From positions 544,001 through 608,000 of the forward strand of contig OZ253580.1 of NCBI GenBank assembly GCA_965263035.1: a DNA stretch of 64,000 nt, written 5' to 3'. Source of the stretch: Acidobacteriota bacterium (GTDB lineage Bacteria; Acidobacteriota; UBA6911; RPQK01; JAJDTT01). Positions 1-8,863 of this stretch are shown piece after piece. The notes under the pieces were generated by a model, which searched no databases, was not told where the DNA came from, and worked only from the letters and a program-made list of their open reading frames with translations. Numbering within the stretch: the stretch's first letter is position 1; the number at the start of each line of letters is the position of its first letter. Position numbers and translations under genes: made by a program.

Positions 1-146
1 GTCCTCGCCGGAATGGCCGAACCGATGAAAATCAACTGTCACCATTAAATTTGTGGATTTGAACTGGCAATTGATGGATAATAGTCGTTGTAATGCTGCT
101 GGGGTTTTGTATAGTTGGTTCCGACAATAGATGAAAGGATAAGACA

Positions 147-713
147 ATGGCCAAGAGGAGACGTCGAAAGCGAGCTGAGTTGCAAAGGATACAGAGAGGC
201 CTGGAACGGGCCGTCCGGAGAGAGGGCTCGGCCAGTGTGAGTCAACTCATCGCCAACAACGGTTCCAAGTTGGGTCTCAAGTCGACTCCGAACGACAAGA
301 ATCTGGTCAAGCGGCTGCTGAATGCCGTCGACGGGGTCGAGATGGAAAAACGGGGTCGCGAACTCTATTTCGTGTCCCAAGTCGAGGCCCCGCCGGCCAT
401 CGACGCCGAGGCTCCGGCAACTCCCGAACCGGCTCCCGAGCCCGTGGCAGAGGCCGGCCCTGAGCCGGAAGCCGCCCCGGAGGCTCCGGTAGCTCCCGAA
501 CCGGAGCCAGAGCCCGAGGCCGCAGCGGAGCCCGAGCCTGAACCGGAACCCGCTCCAGAACCCGAAGAGGCGGGCCCCGAGGCGGAGACGCCTGCTCTGG
601 CCCCTGAGCTCCAGGCCTTGCGCGCGTACGCCCGGCAGTTGGAAGAATTCTCCGATGCGCTGAAGAACCAGGTCAGCACGTTGGTGCGGATGATCGAAAA
701 GTTGGGTTCCTGA
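147..713 (+). CDS. Hypothetical protein: basic N-terminal domain, Pro/Glu/Ala-rich linker, C-terminal helix
   Basis: 188-aa ORF with ATG and upstream AAGGA; the PEPEPE/APE tract is flanked by non-repetitive segments; no family recognised. Confidence 0.7.
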   Translation: MAKRRRRKRAELQRIQRGLERAVRREGSASVSQLIANNGSKLGLKSTPNDKNLVKRLLNAVDGVEMEKRGRELYFVSQVEAPPAIDAEAPATPEPAPEPVAEAGPEPEAAPEAPVAPEPEPEPEAAAEPEPEPEPAPEPEEAGPEAETPALAPELQALRAYARQLEEFSDALKNQVSTLVRMIEKLGS

Positions 714-881
714 GCCCGCGACCGGATCCGTGCGGCATTGGGAAAGAAGATGCGCGCCGGTCCGAAAGAAACGGCACCCGGGCAGTCGTATGGGTTGCCC
801 GGGCGCCCCACCCCGCCGACTCCCGCTGTGGTTCAGGTCCTGAGCCCGCGCTGAAGAAGAAATCTTGCGCGTTCACCACTC

Positions 882-2798
882 TCACCGGTCAGAATCTGAT
901 TGCCGACGATTCCAGGGATGCCTCAATGTCGGCTCGTTGGCGTACCGCGTCATCCCGAAGGTCAATCGGGTCCCACACCCGGGCTCCAAACGGACCGTGA
1001 CGAGGAAGTCGTCCAGATCTTCTCTTGATCCACCCCGTTCGACTCGCGTGAACTGATGCTCCCCGTATCCTCCTGCCTGTACGACTACGGTGCGCGGAGC
1101 GACGGGATTGAGGTTGACCAGGGTGAAGGTCACGGAATCGCCGGTCATTCCCTGGATTAACGCGCCCACATCCGGCGGGACGCCCGAACGGCGCCGGTGG
1201 GGATCGAAGTAGCGCAACCTGAAGTTCACGCTCCAGATGACACTGGGAAGGTAGGCCCCGGTCATCAGACTGGCCAGATTCCGGCTGGAGGACGGGTTCA
1301 GGTGCATGAACCAGTCGGGCAGCCGGGTGCCGGGCGTCGTGGGGTCATCCCGAATCGCCTGTACCCGATTCCGAACCCGCTCCAGGTCCCTCCTCAAGAT
1401 CCGGGCCGGGTAGCCGGGCTCCGACCCTTCCAGGAATCCGATCCAGCCGGTCTTGGGAATGGGCTCCAGATCGGCAGGATCCATGCTCCACAGGTAGAGC
1501 TCGGTCCAGCGGTCCAGGTTCAGTTTCTCGGTCCAGGCGTACCATTCGGGTTTCCCCGTGTAGGTGTGACCCCGCGGATCGCCGTACATCTTGGGGATGA
1601 GCGTCTTGCCGTCGGCCACCTTCTTCCGGCTGTGGAAGTGCAGGAGCTGTTGTCTCATGACCGCCAGATAGGCCGGGTCGCCGGTGAGGAGAAAAGCGTT
1701 TCCGAATCCGTCCCAGGTCCCGATGAAGATGGTTCCCCGGTGCTTCACGTATCCCACTTCGGCGTCGAAGTTGGTGAAATTCCACCCGTAGAGCCCCTTC
1801 CACCACTGTCCCGACTCACCGCCCGGCTTGCCGTCCAGGCCCACCTTGGTGGGGATGAAGCCGTTGTTGGAGCGGGTCCGCTCCTTCCAGGCATCCACGT
1901 ATTCCAGAAGCCAACGCCGATACTTCTCCTGGCCCGTCATCATGTAGGCATTCAACGCCAGGTTGGTGGCGGAGAGATTCAAATGGCTGTCCCCGGCGCT
2001 GTCGTTGTAGTTCTCGCAGTGGGCCAGCATCTTGGGATAGTGGCTGGCGAAGTCCAACATCCGCTCCGGACCGGCCGAGCTGTGCAGGAAATGGAAACGC
2101 CCCCTGACAGGGTCTCCCACCCAGTCGTAGACCGTGGGAGGCCTCAACATGGGTCCCTTGCTGCCGGTCCAGACGCTGCGGATCAGCTTGCGGACCGGGT
2201 CATAGTTGGAGACGGACGGATCCTCGTTCATGTAGAGGCCGGCAAAGCGGGCCATGCGTTTTCGGTAAGGGGCATTGCCGGGTTCCGAAAGACCCAGGGA
2301 CATGAAAGCCTGCATTCCTTCCCGGGTGTGCGCCCAGTCGGACATGGTGATGAATTCCTGAAAATAGGCCCCGTCCCTGGCCAGATCCGTCTTCACCGTC
2401 CTCAGTTCTCCATATTGGAGCCAGTGGCCCTCCTGGGCCCTCTTGTAGTCCTCCAACACCGAATCGTCGGCTCCGAGGGAATGCAGAAGAGGCCAGTCGG
2501 CGAAGGTCTCGATGGCGTCGTCGGGCCCGTCGATCACTCCCCAGCGAGGCACGTGAAGGAGATATCCGCGGTCGTCCAGGCTGTGTTGCGCCAGGACCCG
2601 GCAGGCCTGGCTGTTGGCCTCCAGGAGCTGACGTTGCAAAAGGGCCCATTCGGGCGGCTCCATGGGCGTATCCACCACCAGGAGCTTTTCTTGGGCCTGG
2701 GTCATGGAGCAATCCAAACCCAGCAGGAGGAGGCAGAATCCGACCCCTGCGATCCTCCGTGAGGCCCTCATCCCTTCAATCACGGGCGGCGAGATCAT
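882..2798 (-). CDS. Secreted conserved hypothetical protein
   Basis: 638-aa ORF with hydrophobic signal-like N-terminus and Trp/Tyr-rich body (PPEWALL, WGVIDGPDDAIE); GTG start with upstream AAGGAG; exact start uncertain. Confidence 0.75.
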   Translation of the reverse strand: MISPPVIEGMRASRRIAGVGFCLLLLGLDCSMTQAQEKLLVVDTPMEPPEWALLQRQLLEANSQACRVLAQHSLDDRGYLLHVPRWGVIDGPDDAIETFADWPLLHSLGADDSVLEDYKRAQEGHWLQYGELRTVKTDLARDGAYFQEFITMSDWAHTREGMQAFMSLGLSEPGNAPYRKRMARFAGLYMNEDPSVSNYDPVRKLIRSVWTGSKGPMLRPPTVYDWVGDPVRGRFHFLHSSAGPERMLDFASHYPKMLAHCENYNDSAGDSHLNLSATNLALNAYMMTGQEKYRRWLLEYVDAWKERTRSNNGFIPTKVGLDGKPGGESGQWWKGLYGWNFTNFDAEVGYVKHRGTIFIGTWDGFGNAFLLTGDPAYLAVMRQQLLHFHSRKKVADGKTLIPKMYGDPRGHTYTGKPEWYAWTEKLNLDRWTELYLWSMDPADLEPIPKTGWIGFLEGSEPGYPARILRRDLERVRNRVQAIRDDPTTPGTRLPDWFMHLNPSSSRNLASLMTGAYLPSVIWSVNFRLRYFDPHRRRSGVPPDVGALIQGMTGDSVTFTLVNLNPVAPRTVVVQAGGYGEHQFTRVERGGSREDLDDFLVTVRLEPGCGTRLTFGMTRYANEPTLRHPWNRRQSDSDR

Positions 2799-3055
2799 TC
2801 CTCACTCCTTTCCTGGCACCGGGTCCGCCGTCCTGTCCCGCCGGAATCCGGACCCTGATCCCCGCTCTCAACCCTGTTAACAGTCCGTGGTGATAGTCCC
2901 GCGAGCACCGAAACCGTTCCTGCGCCCGCCGGACAAGGCGCAACGGAGGGAGCATACCGGGAGTATGTGAGCCGATAGCAACGCAGTCCGCGCACGATGC
3001 AGGGACGGTCGAATGCCGTGACGACTCTTGCCACGGGCTGTTAAACTCTCCCGCC

Positions 3056-4171
3056 ATGAAACGAAGGAACTTTCTCCACAGAGCCGCTGCTGGAGCCTTT
3101 CTCGCTCCTTCGATTCTGAGCCGCGGGGTCCGATCCGCCGCCGTCGAACCCCTCCGGGTCGGCGTGATCACGCAGGAGAAAGGACCCCATCTGAGCGCCT
3201 ATCTCCGATCTCTGGCCCAGATCGACGGTGTGGAAGCCGTGGGAATCTCCGACGAAAGCGGGACCACATTCCCGAGTGCGCGCGATGCTCTGGGCGCGAA
3301 GGTGACCACGTTTCGGGACCACGACCGAATGCTGCGGGAGTTTCGACCCCGCGCAGCCGTCATCAGCCTGGCCGCCCACAAGGCTCCGCCCTTGATCCGG
3401 AAGTCCTTGGAAGCCGGCTGCCATGTCCTGAGCGAAAAACCGTCCTGTACCCGTTCCCAGGACTTCGAGCCCCTGGTCCGACTCGCCGAGACCAGGAAGC
3501 TGACGCTCACGCTGGCCTTCTACCTGCGGGTGCATCCGGGAGCCGTCAAAGCCCGCGATCTGGTGCGATCCGGTTTTATCGGAAGACCCTACGGGGCGCA
3601 TCTTCTGGTGGTGGCCGATCAGACTCGCCTCACTCGCCCCGAGTTTCACCGCTCCTGGCTCGCCTCGCGAGACACGGCAGGCGGAGGAAACCTGATCTGG
3701 CTGGGAATCCACTACGTGGACCTGCTCCAGCATCTGACGCAGGACCGCATCGAACGGGTCTCCGCCATGGCCCGCAACGTGGGGGGCCAGCCCATCGACA
3801 TCGAGGACTCGGTGGGGGTCACCTTTCAGTCCCGGAAAGGGATGGTGGGAACCTATCACGGCGGATACTACCTCGATCGGGGCTACCATCTGGGCCTGAC
3901 CCTCTGGGGGTCCAAGGGATGGCTCCGCTTCGACGAGGACAACTCGCCTTTGGAGTGGTACTCCACACATCCCGATGCTCCCAAAGGGGTCCAGTCGTTT
4001 CCCTTCTCCTACGAGGTCGGGCCCTACCAGCGCCTGGTGGAGGCGGTCCTGAACGCGGCCAGGGGCACGGGTCCGCCGCCGGCCACCGGGGAGGAGTGCC
4101 TCCACGTCCTGAAAGCCATCTTCAGCGCCTACGAGGCGGCCCGGACGGGTCAAGCCCAGGACGTGATCTAG
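3056..4171 (+). CDS. Gfo/Idh/MocA family oxidoreductase with Tat signal
   Basis: MKRRNFL Tat motif, CHVLSEKP motif, GGGNLIWLGIHYVD segment. Confidence 0.88.
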   Translation: MKRRNFLHRAAAGAFLAPSILSRGVRSAAVEPLRVGVITQEKGPHLSAYLRSLAQIDGVEAVGISDESGTTFPSARDALGAKVTTFRDHDRMLREFRPRAAVISLAAHKAPPLIRKSLEAGCHVLSEKPSCTRSQDFEPLVRLAETRKLTLTLAFYLRVHPGAVKARDLVRSGFIGRPYGAHLLVVADQTRLTRPEFHRSWLASRDTAGGGNLIWLGIHYVDLLQHLTQDRIERVSAMARNVGGQPIDIEDSVGVTFQSRKGMVGTYHGGYYLDRGYHLGLTLWGSKGWLRFDEDNSPLEWYSTHPDAPKGVQSFPFSYEVGPYQRLVEAVLNAARGTGPPPATGEECLHVLKAIFSAYEAARTGQAQDVI

Positions 4172-4331
4172 GAGCCTGCGCCGCAGAAATTGATCTACTG
4201 CGAAAGCGGTAGAATCGGTCCATATTTCCTCGATTTCTCGGCGAATAGAACAACTATGCACCTCAAAATCGAGAAAATCTGGCCTCGATTCCCCGCTTTC
4301 TCGCTACGATCATTTCTACCGCGCAGACTCC
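4171..4331 (+). mobile_element. MITE, 161 bp, copy 1
   Basis: Imperfect terminal inverted repeats GGAGCCTGCGCCGCAGAAATTGATC / GATCATTTCTACCGCGCAGACTCC, flanked by TA on both sides; near-identical inverted copy at 53967-54127. Confidence 0.85.
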
Positions 4332-4353
4332 TAACCGAACGCACGCCGACCCG

Positions 4354-5091
4354 CTATTCCCGCAGGAAATCGTGCACGATCTCCGCGAACCCTTCAGTGT
4401 AGTCGGTCTCCATGTAGTACGCCCCCAGGTATTCCCGGGGAGCGAAGTCGGTCAGGTCGTAGATGGGTGAGGGATCGAACTGGACGACGCCGTCGCCGGC
4501 CCGGCAGACGTGGACGGTCACGTCCGAGGTGCACTTGGCGCCGTCGATGACCTGGAGGACGTCGAACCCCTTGCCGTCCACCCTGGGGATCGCCTTCAAG
4601 CGCCAGGACGGCGTAAAAACGGGCAGGCTCTCCGGGTCCGTTGGGCGGTGCATGGTGGACCGGATCGCCAGGATCGAAGCGCCCGCCAGTCGAGTGTCCG
4701 TATACATGACCCGCTCATCCATTCCCACCCGAATGTCGGAATACACCTTGGGCGTGCCGTAGATCTCCCGTCCCGCCGGAATGCTGGACTTGGAGTTGAG
4801 GAAAGCGATGGGCGCAAAGTAACCCGGCTGTCCCTGGTAGCTGCACTTGACGGTGAGCACACTCTCCAGAAACCCCCCGTAGTTGGCCGTCCAGGTCGCG
4901 TCGATGCCGATGGCGGCACAGTTGCCGTCCGGGTCCGGCTCGAAACACCAGGGGAGGACCCGGTCCAACGCGCTCGGGTCCGCCCGGAAGCAGACCACTT
5001 GGAAGCGCACGTTCCGGTAGCGGGCCGGAAGCGGAGGATAGTAGGGAGAAAAGGCCGGCATGTTGGTGATTCGGTCCAATGGGATGGTCAT
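4354..5091 (-). CDS. Acetoacetate decarboxylase family protein
   Basis: GREIYGTPK motif with Schiff-base Lys; start refined to MTIPLD at 5091. Confidence 0.85.
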   Translation of the reverse strand: MTIPLDRITNMPAFSPYYPPLPARYRNVRFQVVCFRADPSALDRVLPWCFEPDPDGNCAAIGIDATWTANYGGFLESVLTVKCSYQGQPGYFAPIAFLNSKSSIPAGREIYGTPKVYSDIRVGMDERVMYTDTRLAGASILAIRSTMHRPTDPESLPVFTPSWRLKAIPRVDGKGFDVLQVIDGAKCTSDVTVHVCRAGDGVVQFDPSPIYDLTDFAPREYLGAYYMETDYTEGFAEIVHDFLRE

Positions 5092-5107
5092 GGCTGAACT
5101 TCCTTCT

Positions 5108-6124
5108 TCAATTCTCGATGCCTGAATCCTGATTCTCGAAACACCCGGGGTTGGCGACATGCTCCGGGCGCCGTCCCTGGAGCACGTCCAGGATCCCTTG
5201 AGCGGCCATCAGGGAGGCGCGTTCCAGAGCGCTGTCCGTCAAGCCGGAGATGTGAGGCGTCAACAGAGTGTTGGGCGTTCGGCAAAGGGGATGATCCGCC
5301 GGCAGCGGTTCCTCCTCGAAGACGTCCAGAGCTACCCCGGCCAGCCGTCCGTCCCGCAGCGCCTGGCCCAGGGCCGCCTCGTCGATGACGGACCCTCTGG
5401 AGGTGTTCACCAGGCGGCAACCCGACTTCATCAGTTTCAGGCGCTCCTGGTCGATGAGATGATGCGTCGCGTCACTCAGAGGAACGTGGAGACTGACGAA
5501 GTCGGCCCAGGCCAACAGAGCCTCCAGGGAATCTTCCAGAACGGCCTCTCCCGTCGTCGATCCGGGGTGCAGAAACGGGTCGTAGGCGCGCACCTTCATG
5601 CCGAATCCGCCGGAGGCGATTCCGGCCAAGCGGCTGCCGATGCGGCCCAGACCGATCAAGGCCAGGTTCTTCCCGGCAAGCTCGACACCCTGGAACCGAT
5701 TCCGGTCCTCCATGGTTCCGGAGCGGATGGCGTGGCTGGAGGGATAGATCTGCCGGGAGAGAGCCATCATCAGAGCCATGGCGTGCTCGGCCACCGTCTG
5801 ACCGTTGGAACCGGGCGTGTAGACGACGGGAAGGCCTCTTGATGTCGCCGATTCGCAGTCGATATTGTCCACGCCGACCCCATGCTTGGCGATCACCTTG
5901 AGGCGGGGGGCGTTTTTAATATCCTCGGCTCCGACCTGGAAGAGGCGCACCAGGGCCGCGTCGGCGTCCCGGAAGGCGGCCCGATGGGGAGCCGCTCCTA
6001 CGGCGTCCGGCTCCGCCGGCACGGTGATCCCCTCTTCCCAAGGGGTCTGGCAATGGCAATACGTGCGCAGCAACTCCACCCCGGGAGAGGCGATGGGTTC
6101 GGGGATGAAGACGGTGGGTTTCAT
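5108..6124 (-). CDS. D-isomer-specific 2-hydroxyacid dehydrogenase (SerA-like)
   Basis: KHGVGVDNID, IGLGRIG, VNTSRG, ALDVF and LLTPHISG motifs; true start MKPTVF at 6124 overlaps the SDR stop (ATGA). Confidence 0.9.
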   Translation of the reverse strand: MKPTVFIPEPIASPGVELLRTYCHCQTPWEEGITVPAEPDAVGAAPHRAAFRDADAALVRLFQVGAEDIKNAPRLKVIAKHGVGVDNIDCESATSRGLPVVYTPGSNGQTVAEHAMALMMALSRQIYPSSHAIRSGTMEDRNRFQGVELAGKNLALIGLGRIGSRLAGIASGGFGMKVRAYDPFLHPGSTTGEAVLEDSLEALLAWADFVSLHVPLSDATHHLIDQERLKLMKSGCRLVNTSRGSVIDEAALGQALRDGRLAGVALDVFEEEPLPADHPLCRTPNTLLTPHISGLTDSALERASLMAAQGILDVLQGRRPEHVANPGCFENQDSGIEN

Positions 6125-6942
6125 TCTTTGGTCCGGGGCGTTCTGGGGGGAGTCGCCGAGACGCCCTGCAAGCCCCCGGTCACCTGGAACACCTGCCCGG
6201 TGATCCAGGACGCTTCGGATCCGCACAGGAAGGCGACCATGGAGGCGATGTCCTGGGGCTCTCCCCAGCGCCCCAACGGTATGGATCGGCGGACCCGCTC
6301 GACCATCTCGTCCCGGCTGATCCCCAGCGTCCGGCTTCGCTGGGCCATGGTCCTGCGGTTGAAGTCGGTGTAGACCGGACCTGGGCTCACGGCATTGACC
6401 CGGACACCATAGGCGGCCAGCTCGATGGCAAGCGTCCGGGTCAGGCTTGCGACGCCCGCCTTGGCCGCGTTGTAGGCGGCCACCAGAGCCGCCGGACTGT
6501 GGGCATTGATGGACGCCAGGTTCACCATGCTTCCCGATTCCCGCCGCCGCATGAGCCGGCCCGCCGCCCGGCAACAGTAGAAGGTCCCGGTCAGATTCAC
6601 CTCCAGGATGCGCTGCCACTCTTCGTCGGCCAACTCCACGGTCGGGGTCACCTTCTGGCCCAGACCGGCGCTGTTGACCAGTATGTCCAACTTCCCCCGG
6701 TGCCGGAACGTCTCCTCGAAGACGGCGGTCACCGCCGGGGCGTCGGTCACATCCAGGGGGGCCGACTCGGCTTGGAGCCCGTCCCTCATCAAGGCGTCGG
6801 CGACTCCGCGGACTTTTTCTTCCTGGAGGTCGCAGAGCAGGACGGAGGCACCATCCTGCGCCAGCCTCCGGGCGATAGCCAACCCCAGACCCTGGGCAGC
6901 CCCCGTCACCACCGCGACCTTGTTCCCAAGAGGCATGTTCAT
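6121..6942 (-). CDS. Short-chain dehydrogenase/reductase (FabG-like SDR)
   Basis: TGAAQGLG, LVNSAG, YNAAK (YxxxK) and VNAVSPG motifs. Confidence 0.92.
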   Translation of the reverse strand: MNMPLGNKVAVVTGAAQGLGLAIARRLAQDGASVLLCDLQEEKVRGVADALMRDGLQAESAPLDVTDAPAVTAVFEETFRHRGKLDILVNSAGLGQKVTPTVELADEEWQRILEVNLTGTFYCCRAAGRLMRRRESGSMVNLASINAHSPAALVAAYNAAKAGVASLTRTLAIELAAYGVRVNAVSPGPVYTDFNRRTMAQRSRTLGISRDEMVERVRRSIPLGRWGEPQDIASMVAFLCGSEASWITGQVFQVTGGLQGVSATPPRTPRTKE

Positions 6943-7316
6943 CCCCGCGCCAGGATTCCGGCTCTCCGCGAAACCTCAGGATATTAACAGTCCGGCTCAA
7001 ACCACGTCACGGCATTCGAACACCCCGCGTCCCCTTCGCGGAACCGCTCTTGCCTCTCTTCAAAGAAACGAGGAAAGAGAAAATGAGGAAAGAGAAAAGA
7101 GTGAAGACCGGTGCAGAGTGTACGCGCAGCAGGGCGCGGCATGGAAAAGGATCTCATCGAGGATGCCTGAGCCAGGATGACTCGATGCCGTGATTCTTTC
7201 ATGACTCCCCCGCCGGCCGGTGGGACAGCTTTTCGCTTTCCTCTTTCCTCCCGGTTGCATAAACTGGCACTTCATTGCCTCCGGGGGATGCCCCGCCGAA
7301 CGGAAGGAGATGAGTC

Positions 7317-7703
7317 ATGATCACATCATTGGAACATGTGGCCATCGTGGCCGATGACCCTCGGGCGCTGGCCGACTGGTACTGCTCGAACCTGGGCTGC
7401 GAGATCGCCGTAGCCGACGAGGCGTACTCCACCTACTTCGTGGCCGTTCCCGGCACCGGAGTCCTGGAGATCCTTCCCTCCAGCGACCGGCCCCGCATGG
7501 AAGCCGAAGGGGACGACGCCGGCATCCGCCACATTGCCTTCACCGTCGTTGACTTCGAAGAGGCCTGCCAGCACATCAAGGAGCGGGGCATAGAACTCCT
7601 GCAACCCATCTCCGTGAGTTCTACCGGCACCAAGCTGGCTTTCTTTCCCGATCTCGAGGGCAACATCCTTCAATTCGTCTATCGCCCGAAACCGTTGAGG
7701 TAA
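7317..7703 (+). CDS. VOC/glyoxalase family protein
   Basis: LEHVAI, LEIL, IRHIAF and FFPDLEGN motifs; AGGAG RBS. Confidence 0.88.
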   Translation: MITSLEHVAIVADDPRALADWYCSNLGCEIAVADEAYSTYFVAVPGTGVLEILPSSDRPRMEAEGDDAGIRHIAFTVVDFEEACQHIKERGIELLQPISVSSTGTKLAFFPDLEGNILQFVYRPKPLR

Positions 7704-7758
7704 AAGAAACCTGGCTGCGCACCCGCCAGGGGCCGGGCACGCCCGCAGCGACTCTCGG

Positions 7759-8667
7759 CTACCCTACGATTTCCCGGAGAGCCGGCTCCAGATCGGGGAA
7801 AAGAAAGCGGTACCCACTCTCCTGAATCCGGTCCGGAAGCACCTTCTTGCTGGAGAGCAGTTCGACGGCAAAACCGCCGAGTACCAGTTTCAGAGCGATC
7901 CCGGGCGTGGGCAGGAACGCGGGACGGGAGAGGACCCTTCCCAACACTTTGGCAAAATCCTTTTGCCGGACCGGGTTCGAGGACGTCGCATTGAAGGGAC
8001 CCGAGAGGTTCTCGCCGGCCAACACGTGCTGCACCATGCCGATCAGATCCTCCCGGTGAATCCAGGACCACCACTGGCGGCCCGATCCCAGGGGGCCACC
8101 CAATCCCAGCCGCGCCGGCAGCAGCATGGCGTCCAGGGCCCCTCCGCCTGCGGCCAGGACGACGCCGATGCGGAGATGGACCACGCGGACGCCCGCCTCC
8201 GACGCGCGAGCGCCTTCTCTCTCCCACTGGCGACAGGCCTCCCCCAGGAAGTCGTTGGCCGCCGGCATCGACTCGGTCAGCTCCGTCTCTCCCTGATCGC
8301 CGTAGTAGCCGATGGCGCTGGCCGAAATCAGGGTTCGGGGTCGCGGTTCCGCCTGCCCTATGGCGTCGACCAGATTCCTGGTGGCACGAACCCGGCTTTC
8401 GCGGATGGCCCGCCGTTTGCGTGCGTTCCAGCGGCCGACCACACTCTCACCCGCCAAGTGGACGACGGCGTCCACCTGCTCCAGGCTCTCGAGCGGCGGA
8501 GCCTCCTCCACCGGACGCCAAGCGTAGACCTGGGAAACACAAGGAACGATTTCACGGGCCATCTCCGGACGGCGTGACAGGGCCGTCACCCGAAAACCCG
8601 ACTCGGACAACACCTCGCAGAGCCTGCGTCCGACGAATCCGGTGGCTCCGGTAACGAGAACTCGCAT
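7759..8667 (-). CDS. YfcH/TIGR01777-type NAD-dependent epimerase family protein
   Basis: TGATGFVG, HLAGE, SASAIGYYG and GGPLGSGRQWWSWIH motifs. Confidence 0.9.
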   Translation of the reverse strand: MRVLVTGATGFVGRRLCEVLSESGFRVTALSRRPEMAREIVPCVSQVYAWRPVEEAPPLESLEQVDAVVHLAGESVVGRWNARKRRAIRESRVRATRNLVDAIGQAEPRPRTLISASAIGYYGDQGETELTESMPAANDFLGEACRQWEREGARASEAGVRVVHLRIGVVLAAGGGALDAMLLPARLGLGGPLGSGRQWWSWIHREDLIGMVQHVLAGENLSGPFNATSSNPVRQKDFAKVLGRVLSRPAFLPTPGIALKLVLGGFAVELLSSKKVLPDRIQESGYRFLFPDLEPALREIVG

Positions 8668-8863
8668 TTGATCATCTCCTCTCTGAAAGGGGTTCAGCTA
8701 TGGGGCCGGTTGTGGGCGACTCCGGCCGGAGCCCCTCTCGCGGCCTCCGGGAGCACTCCCTCCAAACCAGTCTACTATCTGGAGTGGACGGGGGTTCCAG
8801 GTTTTCGAAAGCCCACCATCATCCGGACTCCTGCCCGGCCGGAAAGCCTGTGGCGTGGCACCT

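Noticed and set aside
400-610. DNA tandem repeat array inside the first gene
   Set aside because: The repetition reflects Pro-Glu-Ala codons with variable third positions, not a nucleotide-level repeat unit
4190-4402. ORFs starting MIYCESGRIGPYF (also 53803-54108)
   Set aside because: Both arise from the MITE sequence and run out into unrelated flanks; no evidence of real genes
5108-7000. 630-aa ORF as a fusion protein
   Set aside because: The N-terminal 292 codons are an alternate frame of the SDR gene; the dehydrogenase starts at 6124
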